Shown here one piece after another: positions 29,401 to 41,400 of a DNA stretch of 45,007 bases. The position numbers were made by a program, and so were the translations under genes. The notes under the pieces were generated by a model. The model was not told the origin of the DNA, searched no databases, and saw nothing but the letters and a program-made list of their open reading frames with translations. Source of the stretch: Synechococcaceae cyanobacterium (GTDB lineage Bacteria > Cyanobacteriota > Cyanobacteriia > PCC-6307 > Cyanobiaceae). The stretch spans positions 1-45,007 of the forward strand of contig JBKDOZ010000070.1 in the NCBI GenBank assembly GCA_046342735.1, given 5' to 3'. The stretch's first letter is position 1; the number at the start of each line of letters is the position of its first letter.

Positions 29401-32400
29401 GTCGCTGCTGATGTCCACAAACACCAGTTCGGGTTTGCCGCCGGGGCTGTGCCAGAGGCCGCTGGGCAGCACCGCCGCCACCTGCTGGGCCAGGGCGGCG
29501 GCATTGCTGGCATCGGCGGCGGTGGGGGCTATCGGGGCCGGAAGCAGCTGGTAGATGTAGGGCACGGTCCCATCAAGACCGAGGGCCTCCATCTGGTCGG
29601 CCGAGAGCGGCAGTCCGTCCACCAGGGGGGTGGCAAGGGGTGTGGTCAGCCCCAGATACTGCGACTGGGTGGCGGCATCACTGGCCACCGGCAGGGTCCA
29701 GATCTGCAGGTCGTGTTGCACACCGGCCGCGAGCTTGGAGTCGGCCGAGATCGTGATCGTGTTGGTGCAGGTGTCGAGGGTGGTGTTGTTGCTGCCGATC
29801 CCGACAGCAAAAAGAAGTCTCACGATCGAAGTCGATTCGGTGCGCTCCGTGGTCTGCTGTTCCTGGCTGACCGTGGTGCCCGAACCGGCCCCCGGAGTGG
29901 GGGTGCCACCGACGGTGGCAAAGGTGCCGTTGGCCTGCAGTTCCAGGTTGCCCAGGGACTGGAGATCGCTGGCGCCGCTGATGCTGATCGTGTTGGCATC
30001 GGCGACGGTGGCGGTGGCTTCGCTGACCAGCACCCCGAGCGTGAGGGTGGTGATCTGGCTGCTGGCATCGGCCAGCAGCTGATTGGGCACCCCGGCCGGG
30101 CTAATGCCGCTGAGGATCTGCACCTCCTGACCCAGCACCGTGACCCCATCCAGGTTGATGCTGTTGTTCGGGGCGTTGATCGCCTGGGCCGTGCTGTTGC
30201 CCACACCCGCCGCTCCCGCCAGGGCGGAACTGGAGGCGCTGACCAGCCCATCGCCCAGCGCCGACAGGCTGATCGTGCCGGTGGTGTTGATCAGTCTGGC
30301 GCCCTCGGCGCCGCTGATCTGGGCCTGGGCGTTGTTGATGATCGTCGAGGCGCCAGCCACCGCCGCCCCGGCGGTGTAGGCATCGAGGATGCAGGTGTCC
30401 ACCGCGTCGATGCTGGTGAGCGCCTGCAGCTGCAGGCTGCCGGGTTGGCTGAAGCTGCCGTTGGCGATCAGCTGGGCGTTGTCGCCCAGGCTGATGAAGG
30501 CTCCGGCCGGGTCGGTGCCGTTGCCATAGGTGCCGCTGCCGATCGTGGTGGTGGAGGTGATCCCGGCACCGCCGATCAGCCCGGCGGCGACGCTGTTGGC
30601 GTTGTTGCCGTTGGTGCCATAGAGGGTCTTGTCAAGCCCGTAGCTCGCCTCGAGGGTGATGTTGGCCGCCGTGAGGCTGGCTTCGCTGCCGATCGCCACC
30701 GTGCCGCTGCTGCCGATCGTGTTGTTCAGGGCCACGCCACTGCCGGCGACGCCCACGGCGGAAACCGCCACGGCGATGCCCTCGCCGTTGCTGTCGATCG
30801 CCTGGTTGATGGTGCTGCTCAGGCTGAGGTTGCCGGTGCTGCCCAGGACCACGACGCTGCTGCCGGTTCCCAGTTCGGTTCTCACCGTCTGGGTGGTGGT
30901 GGTGCTGCTCTGGCCGCCGGCCCCTTCAAACGAGGCCTCCGTTGAAGCCCCCAGGGCCGCACTGATGCTGGAGGCCGTGAGGGTGTCGTTGGAGCTGGAG
31001 CGCAGGGTCACCGAGCCGCCGCTGACGCTGAAGGGGGTGAGGCCGTCGCCGAGCCGCAGCCACACCTCCGGATCGCTGTCGCCGTTGCCCAGGCTGGTGG
31101 AGGCGATCATCACCCCGATGCCTGCCGACGCATTGGGCGAGAGGCTGCCTTCGCCTCCGTAGCTGGCGGCGGTGAGGCTGTTCACCGCATCGGCGGCCAG
31201 GGTCACGGCGCCGCTGGCGCTGAGGCTGCCGGCATCGAGCAGGGTCTGGCTGGTGCTGGTGCTGTTGCCGTTGGTGACGTTCACCACTGAAGCGCCGGCG
31301 AACTCGCCCCCATAGCTGCCGGCTACGGCGATGGTTTCGTTCGTGGCCAGGGTGTCGGCGTTGAGGCTGAGGATGGCGATGTCGCCGCTGGCGGAGAGGC
31401 TGGGGGCTCCGGAGCGACTGGCACCGAGCTTGGTGGTGGCGGTGTTGGCCAGGGTGCTCGTCACCGTGCCCACGCCCACGGCACCGGCGGCCGATTTGCC
31501 GGCCGCCACCGACACGGCCACGATCTCGGCGTTGATCACGCTGCCGTCGGCCTGGGCGGTGGCATCCGCATCGCTGAAGCTGCCGCTGGTCAGGGTGAGA
31601 TCGCCGCTGCCGGCGGCCCCGGCCACCAGGCTGAGATTGCCCTGCACCGTTGTGCTGTTGGCATCGGCGATGGTGGTGGTGATACCGGCGCCACCACCGC
31701 TCAGGGCGAGCTTGCCGCCAAGGTCCACCGAAACTGCCACGGCCTGCGCCTGGTTCACCTGGGCGAGGGGCTGGATGGCGCCCAGGGAGAGGTTGCGTCC
31801 GGCCTGGATCAGCAGGGGGGCGCTGGTGGCGTTGCCGCCATCGCTCAGCACCAGGCTGTTGTTGTTGGCGATGCGGTTGTTGTTCTGCCCCGCCGCAACG
31901 CTGAAGGAGAGGAGGGCGGTTCCGCTGAGCAGTGCCGCCAGCGTGCCGCCATCGGTCTTGGTCTGATCCACCACCGAGGCGGTGCTGGAGCTGATCTGCA
32001 GATCGCGGCCGGCGCTGAGGCTGCTACCGCTCACGCTGGTGCCCACATCGAAGGCGATCGCCGAAGTGTTGAAGGCGCCGCTGAAGGCACCGGCGAAGGT
32101 GCTGTCGGTGGCGGCCACGCTTACGGGCACGGCCAGGGCGTCGTAGTCGCTGGTCACGCTGGCGGTGATGCTGATGTCGGCGGCGCTGCCGGTGGTGGTC
32201 AGGCTGCTGTTGCTCACATCGGTGCTCACCTGGGCGCTGGCGTGTCCGCTTGCGCTGGTGCAGCCCAGCAGGTTGGCGGTGGTGACCGCGCCCACCTCCA
32301 GGGCACCTCCGCCCTTGCTGATGCCGGCGGCACCGCTGCCCCCCTTGGCGCTGGCGCCCTGGCTGGCGCTGCTGCTGATGGCGATCGCCCCCGTGCTGCT

Positions 32401-35400
32401 GAGCTGCACGTCGCTGACGCTGGTGCTCACATCCCCCAGCAGACTGTTGGTGACGCCCGCACCGCCCCCCGACACGGCAATTCCGAAACCGCCACCGCTG
32501 CTGCTGCTGGCGGCCACCGACACGGCCACCGCTGTGGCCTCCAGGCTGGGCTGATCGCCCTGGAGACGGCTGGCGTCGAGGGTGAGCGAGTTCACGCTGG
32601 AGCCGGCGGCCAGGTTGCTGAGGCTGGCGCTGACGTCGTTGTTGAGGGTGTTGTCAGCCAGGGCGGTGCCGATGGTGACGCTGGGGGCGCTGCCACCCCC
32701 GCCGGCAAAACTGGCCACCAATGTGGCCCCCACGCTGAGGGCCTCGGCCGTGGACGCATCGCTGGCGGTCACGGTCAGATCGCCCGCCTGAACAACGGCC
32801 GGTGCCGCGCCGTTGCTGCCGGTCAGGTTGGCGGCGATTTGTACCAGAGAGAGGTTGGTGGCGTTGCAGCCGGCGCCGGTGGCTGAGGCATCGCTTCCCG
32901 ACTTGTCCGAGGAACCCACGGCGGCACTGGCGGCCGATACCGCGGCCTGCAGGGTGGTGCTGTTGCTGGCGATCACCTCCACCGCGCCGCCACTGAGCAG
33001 GCCCGTGGTGGAGAGGTTGGCCTGGAGCTGGTTGCCCGGGCCTGAACCGATCCTGTTGTGGGCCAGGGCCACACCGATGCCCAGCTGGTCGGCGCCCTTG
33101 CCGCCGTTTGAGCCTGTGTCGGTGACACTGTCAACCTTGGCGGTGAAGGTGGTGGTGTCGCTGGCCAGCACGCCGATCGCTCCCGTCAACGGCGGGTTGT
33201 TCAGGCCGCTGATCGAGACGCCGCTCACCTGGGCGACGGTGTTGCCCGTCTGGGTGTTGGTGCTGTTGGCTCCGCCACCGATCAAGCCGACCATGAGGTT
33301 GTCGCCATCGCTGGTGGCCATGTCGATCGTCACAGCGGTGGCATCGCTCACGACCGTGGCCTGGCGGTTGCCGCTCACCTCCAGGCTGCCCCCCAGGCTG
33401 AGGCTGGCCAGGTCGCTGATGGACGCGGTCAGATCGCCGCTGATCGTGTTGCTGGCCAGGGAAACGCCGACGTCGACGGAGAGGTTGGTGCCATCGGCCT
33501 CCACGCCCGCCTGGGTGATCGCGAGCGATCCCGATCCCGCCCCGGCCTGGATGGCGCGCCCATCGCTGGCCAGCACGCTGAGGTCGCCGGAGAGCGACAG
33601 GCTGCCCGGGCTGGTCTGGCTGCCCGGGCCGGCGATGCTGGCCGTCACGTCCCCTTGCAGGCTGTTGCTCACCGAAGCGCCGCCCCCCAGCAGGGCACTC
33701 GATCCGCCCTGGCCTGCGGAGCGCGCCAGCGCCAGGGAGGCGCTGGCCGCCACGGCGCTGATCTGATCGCCGGTGCTGGCGGTCACCGCCAGATCGCCAT
33801 CCAGCTCGAGGGTGCTGGCGGTGAGCGTGGCCTCTGTGTCGGAGTCGGTGGTGGTGGTGTTGGTGACCGTGGTGGCACCGATGGCCAGGCCATTGCTGCC
33901 CTGGACCCGCCCCCGGGCCGCGGCCAGGGAACCGGCCCCGGCGTTGGCGGTGAGGCTGCGCCGCTTGCTGTTGTTGGCGTTGGTCGTGGCGGCCGCTACG
34001 CGGGTCCCGGCTGTATTGGTGAGGGTGCCGGCCTGGGCCGCGGCGGTGGTGGCGCTGCTGAGCAGGTTGGTGATGCCACTCCCGCCACCAGCCAGGGCGA
34101 AACTGGGAAGGGTGGCGTTGGCCTGGCTGGAGCTGAGGGCCACGGCCAGGGCAAACGTGGAGATCTGGGAGAGGTCGCTGCTGCTCACCGACAGACCCGT
34201 CCCTGCCGCCTGGCTCACGAGGAGGTCGGTGCCCGGCTCCAGGGTCACGGCGGCCACCAGATCGCCATCCACGCTGGAGGAGGCCTGGACGGCACCAATC
34301 GTCAGGATGCGGCTGTCGTTCTCCCCTCCGCCTTGGCTATCGCTGAACGTGAGGGAGTCGCCGGTGGCCTCGGCCTGGATCGTGCGGGTGGTGCCGGCGC
34401 TCACTTGGAGGCTGCCCACGGTCACGGTGGCGTCTTCCCCACCGCTGACACCCTGGAGCTGGGCCTCAATCGCGTCGTTGATGGTGGTGTTGGTCACCAC
34501 AAGCCCGAGGCCGCCAGCGCCTTGGGCCGCGTCGAACACCTGACTGCGGTTCAGAGCCACGGCGAAGCCGCCGGCGAAGGTGGAAATGCTGCTGGGACCG
34601 AGCGGCCCATCCTGGGCGTAGCTGCTGCTGGCGCTGATCGTCAGATCGCCGCTCACAGCCACATCCGTGATGTTGTAGATGCCAGCGGTGATGCCGCCGC
34701 TGAGGCTGTTGAAGGAGAAGGCACCGGCGAAGCCACCGCTCAGGCTGCTGGCTGTGCCCGATTGCTTCACCTGGGCAGCGGTGATGGTGGCGCCGGCGGC
34801 ATCGGCCACGATGCGGGAGGCGGCGCTGCGTTGGGCTGTGAGGGTGGCGGAGCTCAGCGAGAGGGAGCCCGTGCCGGCTGTTATGGCCTGCGGTGAGCCG
34901 ACCTGGGCGGCGACCGGGCGGTTGATGCTGTTGCCGGTGCCGGCGCCCACCAAAGCGCCATCGAAGCTGCGGCCCAGGGCCGATGTGCCGCTGCCCATGG
35001 CGCCGCTGATGGCGTAGGCGCCGATGGCCGAGCCGTCCTGGGCCAGCAGCGTCAGGCCGCCGGCGTTGATGCTGCTGGTGCTGTCGATCTGCGCGGTGAT
35101 GGCCCCATCCAGCTGGTTGTGCGACGCGGAGGCCCCCATCGACAGGCTGCCCACGTTGGGATTGGGTGGTTCCTCGCTGACCCTGGCCAGGGCGATGTCG
35201 AAGCCGCCGGTGACCGCCAGGATCTGTTCGTCGCTGCTGGCGTTCAGGGCCACCGTGGCCGCATCCTGAGGATTCAGGGCCGCCGCAGGCCCGATCGTGG
35301 TGGTGCTGACCGTGGCGCTGATCGTGTGGGTCGTGCTGTTTTCGGCACCGGCGCCGGCACCGCTGATCGCCGTGGCCGAGAGAGCATCCTGGGCGGTGGC

Positions 35401-38400
35401 CCTGGCCGTCGACCCCTCCGCGCTGATCGCCGCGGTCACCCGTTCAACGCCGCTGGTGGCCGCGTTGAGGCTGATCGAGGGCGCCGTGATCGTGGAGGAC
35501 GCCGCTGTTGCCGAGGCGGTGGAGAGGGTGCTGGAGGCCAGAGCGGCGCTGGTGCTGGCGCTGAGATCGTTGATGGCTACGGAGGCGCCGAAGGTGTCGA
35601 CCTTGCTTGTGCGCGGCGTAGTAGGGGCGTCGGCGGCCTCGTGCAGGGGATTGAAGGCCAGGCCGAAGGTGCCCGCATAGGCCACCGCATCGCCGGAATC
35701 CACGGCGCTGATGCTGAGCTGGTTCAGGGCCGAGGCGGTGAGGTTGCTCACCTGGGCGCTGGTGCCATTGCCCGCGGCGCCGTCCAGGTTTAACGCCAAG
35801 GAACCGGGGATCGCCAGGGTGGTGCCAGCGGACACCCCTTTGGAGAGGCTGACGGCCCCGGCCATGGTCATGGTGTTGGGGTTGCCCGTGCTGCTCAGGC
35901 TCACGCTTGCGGGCGACGCCCCCGATAGGGTCACGCCTTCGAGGAGCGTGGACACCTGACGGCTGATCAGGTTGACGCTGGCGGCCCCCGCCAGGGTGCC
36001 CACACCGCCGGTGCCCGAGTCGCCAGCGCCGCCGTTGCCGTCCTGCCCGGGACTGCTCGTGCGCGTGCCGAAACTGAAGGCGCCGGTGGCGTTCACCACG
36101 GTGGTGGCATCCTCCGCACTCAGGCTGATGGAGGAGGCCCCGAGATCGATCGTCGATGCGGCGGCGCCGCCGTTGATGGGTGCCAGCTGCGACTGGGCGG
36201 TGAGCGCAACGTCCTGCACCGCCACCGACGCGCTGCCGGCGATCGGGAAGCTCCGGTTGAGCAGGCCCTGGTAAAGGGGGGAATACTGGGGCGCCAGGTC
36301 GACGTCATCTTTGGCGGTTGTGTCCCCCTGGTTGCTGGTCAGCCGGGTGTCGTTGGAGGCGGTGCCAGCCACGGCCACGGCCACTAGCTCGCCGCTGGTG
36401 AGGGCATCCAGGGAGATGCTGCCGGTGAGGGAGCTGTTGCTGCTGATGGCGCCCATCTGGTTGGTGGCGCTGCGTCCAACGGTGTTGACGATTGTTCCCA
36501 GTCCAACGCCAATGGAATTGCTGTTCTGTACGTCGCCGGCCACATCAAGATCCAGGTAGCCGTAGTTCCTATAGATCGGATTGCCCTTGTTGTTGAAGGG
36601 CCGGTTGGGATCACGGACCTGGGATAGAGAGCCTTCGAAGGCGGCAAGGGCAAGGCTTGCCGTCTGGATGGTGGCGCCGTCGGCGATCGTGTTGCTCACT
36701 GTGTTGGTGAGTTGACTCCCGTCGGGTACGGCCATCGTTAGGGAGCCGCTCACGCCCCAGTTTTCCGATTTGCCCGTGCCTAGGGCCAGCTGAATCTCGA
36801 GACCACCACGCTCAGCCGTGGCCTTAAGGCTGCCGCTGAGGTTGGCGACAAACTGATCGCTGAACGTGTTGTAGACCTGGTGTGAAGAGGCGTCGATGTT
36901 GACCGCTGCGCCGATGCCTTTCTGGCTTACGGTGCCATAATTGACCATTTCGGGTGCGGCACCCAGCGCGCTTTTGTTGGCTTTTACGCCCTCGAGTTGA
37001 TCCACAACATTCTTGACGCCGATGCGAAGCTGGTAGACGCCGGCTAAGCTGTAGTTGTTGACCAGGTCATAGCTAATCGGAGTGAGGTTGAAGGCGGTGA
37101 TGCTGCCACTGAAGAGGTTGCTTGCCAGTTGCTGGTTTTCCTGGTTGCTGCAGTTGAGCGAGAGGCCAAAATTGACCGCAATGTTGGTTGCATTGGCTTG
37201 GCCGGTATTGGGGTTCGTGTCGTATACGGGATTAAATTTTTCGGTCTTGTCCTTCGACTTGGGTGCTTCCAGGCCTCTGCCGCTTACCTCATTTCCGGTT
37301 ACGGAAGAGGTCCACACTGTGTTGAAGGCTGGCCGGCCGTAGCGATCCTTTGTCCCGGCGAGAGGAACGGTTTTCAGGGTTTTGCGAAGCTCGGTGAGAT
37401 GGCCGCGATTGCGGATGTTGCTGTAGGAGTTGAGCAGCTCAGGGAAGATGCCATCCTGTAGATTTTTGTGGATACTGCTGCCTTCTTTCAAGAGTACCAG
37501 GGCAAGTTTGCCAGCGGTTTTCCAGAATTTCTTTTCGCCTGATTCGCTGCCTGAATCGGCTGAGCTGTAGGCCGATCCAATGCCCACCAAGGGAAACCAG
37601 GTGGCGCTGGGGTTTACAACGGAAGCCGTTGGATTCACCGATCCCTGGCTGTTGATCGAGCCGCCGATGCTATTGGATGCTTGCTTGTCGATATCGGTGT
37701 TGGCGGCTGCAATCGCCATCGAAAACTTGGCGCTCTCCAGCATCATTTCGGCGATCGCGCCGGTGTTGTCAAGCTCAAATACCGAGCTGCTGATGTCCAC
37801 ATCCCCAGCGGCGTTGATCTGGGCGTTGCTGGCCACGTTGACCTGCGCCACCTGATCGGCCTTGTTGATCGACACGGCGCCCACCACACCCCAGGTGGCG
37901 TTTGTGGTCTGGTTGGGTCGGCTTTGCCACGTTTTCGGCAGGATCTTTCCCTGCACCGTGGTGCCTACCAGAGCGGTAACAAGCTTGGAGGTATCGGGCA
38001 CGATGGCCTTGTATAGCTCCAATTTGGTATTCACCCAACTGTCATTGGCCGTGGGAGTTGGCAGGCGCTCTGAGCGGGCCAGCACCAGGGCGCGATTGCG
38101 GGCATCGATCCCGGCGTTCAGGGTCACCCCCGCGGCTCCCGGGCTGGCGGCAGCTGGGCTTGTGTTGGCCACCGCCAGGGCGGCGGGGCTGGCGGAGGGG
38201 GTCGGCGCCGTGCTGGCGGGGTTGGCGGCCAGGGTGCTGAGGCTGGTGTCTTCGCTCACCTGGTCGGCGAACAGCTGCACCGGCAGCGCCCGGGCAAAGT
38301 CGATCCCGGGTTGGGCGACCTGGTAATAGTCATTGCCCAGGCTGATCAGCTGCACTTGATCGCGGTTGTTCAGCCCATGCACCGGCGTGTTCTGTTGCTG

Positions 38401-41400
38401 CCATTTGTTGAGTGTCAACAGCAGATAGTCCTCGCCTGTGTGGCTGGCGCCGGCGCTGAAGATCAGGGGCTGTTGGGCAGTGGCGTCCAGAAACACCTTG
38501 GCACCGCTGCCATCGCTGTTGGGTTGCAGATAGAGCGTCTGCCCCTGGCTCACCTGGGGCAAGGAGGAGGCGGATGCCGCCTGGGGGGCGTCGACCAGAT
38601 GGGTGAATCCAGAGACATAGCGGGCCTGCACCAGCGGCGCCCCATTCACCGACGGTGCGCCCTGCACCAGCGCCGGTCCCAGATCGACGTTGGCCCACAG
38701 GTTGGTGCCCACCACGGCATCGGCAGGGTTCACCTGCTTCACCAGCGGTCGGCTGCCCTCAAAGGGCGTGGGATCCACGTAGTAACTGAAGACCTCGCCC
38801 GTTCTGGCGTTGAGGCCAGGCAGATAAAGGCTGCTGTTGCTGGTATTGATCGCGTTGGCTGGATCAAAGCGGGTCCACGGTGCATCGACGCTGAGGAGTG
38901 GTGAGGCGGCACCCAGGCTCGAGAGGCTCGCCCCCGGCAGCTGGATCGGTGCGTCGGGACTGCTGAACAGGCGGAAGCCCTGGCTGGATTGGCTGGGGTT
39001 GAACACCTCCATCAATGGCCCAGCCCCGATCAGCCACTGGCTGCCCTCCGCGAGGGAGCTGGCCAGGTCGCTGGCCGCCAGTTGCCCAGGGGTGCCTGTG
39101 TAGCGGAGATAGCTCCCCACCACGTTGCCATCGCTGTTGGTTTGCTCCTGATACACGACCGAGCCATCGCTGAGGTTCAGCTGGCTGGCCGCCTGACCGT
39201 TGCCACCCCAAAGGTTGCCGTTGGCATCGAGGAAGCCAGCGGCGCCCACCAGGCTTCCGTCGCTCTGCTGCAACAGGCCGCTGCTCCACTGCACCATCTG
39301 CCCGTGCAATGGCACGCTGCCGCCGCTGGCGGGCACCAACAGCCAGTTGAGAGCGTTACTGCCAGCCTCGTTGGCGGTGATTTCACGGAGGCTGGCCACC
39401 TGATCCGCTATCGGCTGCTCGGAGCTGTTGGTGGTGCTCAGCAGGGCCCCGTAGGGAACCCCCGCTGTGAGGGCCGTGAGCAGAATGCCGTCGGAGCCGC
39501 TGGCCACGGCCGAAAGGAAGGCCACAGAGCCCACCTCGGCTCCCTCGCCCTGGGTGATGCCCGCCGTGGCGTTGATGGCCGCCAGGAACTGATCGCGTAA
39601 GCCCTGGGGATCCCCGAGGTCGGCCTCACTCAGCGTCACCGACACAAAGGCGGTGTCGGCATGGGGGGCCAGGTTGAGCAGGGTGAGGGTGAGGGTGTCG
39701 CCGACGCTGCCGCCCCCGCTGAAGGTGATCAGCTCCTGCTGGGCCTGGGTGGCCAGGGAGGCCACCGGATCGCCGCTGGCCAGGGCCTGGAGGCTCACGG
39801 CCACCTGAGGGGTCTGGCCCTGCTCGAACACAAGCAGGTGCTCGGGTCCGGAACCGGCGGCGAGCAGATCCACCGCCGTACCGGCCAGGGCGTCCTGGGG
39901 GGTGAGCGCCAGGGCGATGCGGCCGGCGCCCCGCGGGATCACGAAGTACTCCTGGCCGGCGATCAGGCCGCCGATGGCACTCGAATCGTCGTCGTCGCCG
40001 CCCTGGGCCATGGGGTAGTAGGCCACCACCTGCCCGGCCGCGGGCCAGCGGGAGGGGTCGTCGCCGAGCAGCAACTCGTCGTTGATTAGGTCGATCCCCT
40101 GGCTGCTGGTCTCGATTGGCGTGGTTTGCAGCCGGTAGAGGGCGTGCTGGTGGCCGGTGCTGGCGCCAGGGTTGAGCGCGATCGGGGCGGCATGGGCCAG
40201 GGTGAGGGTGGCCGTGCCATCGCTGGGGGTGGTGTCGTCGCCGTTGATGGCGGTCACCACATAGGCGTTCCCGGCTTTGGCCAGCGTCAGCGGCTGCCAA
40301 TCGGCGTCAGCCGGATTGAACTGATCGAGGCTGATGGTCTGGCTGGTGCTGCCGCGGTACTCCAGCGCCGTGCCGTCGGTCCAGGCCAGAAGGTCGCCCG
40401 GTTGAACGGTGAAGGTGCCCTGGCTGCCTTTGGCCAGTAGCGCACCCTGGCCATCTTCGATGCTGATCACGTCGTCGTCGTCGACGGTGGCGATCAGATC
40501 GGCCGTTAATTGCAAGTTCTGGAAGCTCACCCGATCGCCCACCGCAAAAGCCTGGCCGTTGCTCACGGTCACTCCGTCCGTGGGGGTGGTGGAGTCGGTG
40601 CCGTTGAACAGCACCGCAGAGCTGGCCACGGAGCTGGCCGGGCTGCTCGCCAGGGCGGCCGAGGCCTGGTTCTGAGCTTCCGGACCCGCCTGGGTCAGGT
40701 TGGCCTGGCCCTGGCTGATCGCGCCCTCGATCGTCACGGTGGCTGTGGTGTCATCCAGAGCCACGGAGACCCCCGTGGTCACGTGCCCGTCGCGGTAGGT
40801 CTTGCTGGTTGTATTGGCACTGGTGGAGGGGTTGGCCTCGGCCGTGATCGTCACCGATCCGCCGCTGCTGATCGATGACGTCGCGTCCAGGGTGACCCCT
40901 GCGGTCGTGGTGGTGCTGCCTGTGGCGGAGGCCACCCCGGGCCGGTCGGCACTGGGGGCGAATCCGGGCCCCCCCTTGCCATCTGTGGTGAGCACGTATT
41001 TCGAGACCTCGGCATGGCTGCTGACCTTGTTGGTTGTCGTGCTGGTGATCGCCACGTCGCCAGCGGCCATCAGGCTGCTCTCGCTGATCTGGATGGAGCT
41101 GGAGGCCTTCGACAGGCCCACGCTCACGGCAATGCTCGGGACCCAGTTGAAGGTCATGGCCCCCATAAAGTTCAGCCCATTGATTGTGGTAACGGACGCA
41201 TCAAGAACACTGCTTGCTTTCGACGTGATTTGCAGCGAATTGCTGGCGCCATTGGCTTGTACGCCATTGGCTTGTAGAATGCTGTTGGTGATCGCGATGG
41301 CATCTTCGCTTGAGGAAATGGCAATGTCGAATGGGATAAAGTAGTCTTCAAAGCCTTCTAAAACGTCATTGGTTTTGCTGGCCCCCAGTTCGGCAAAGAC

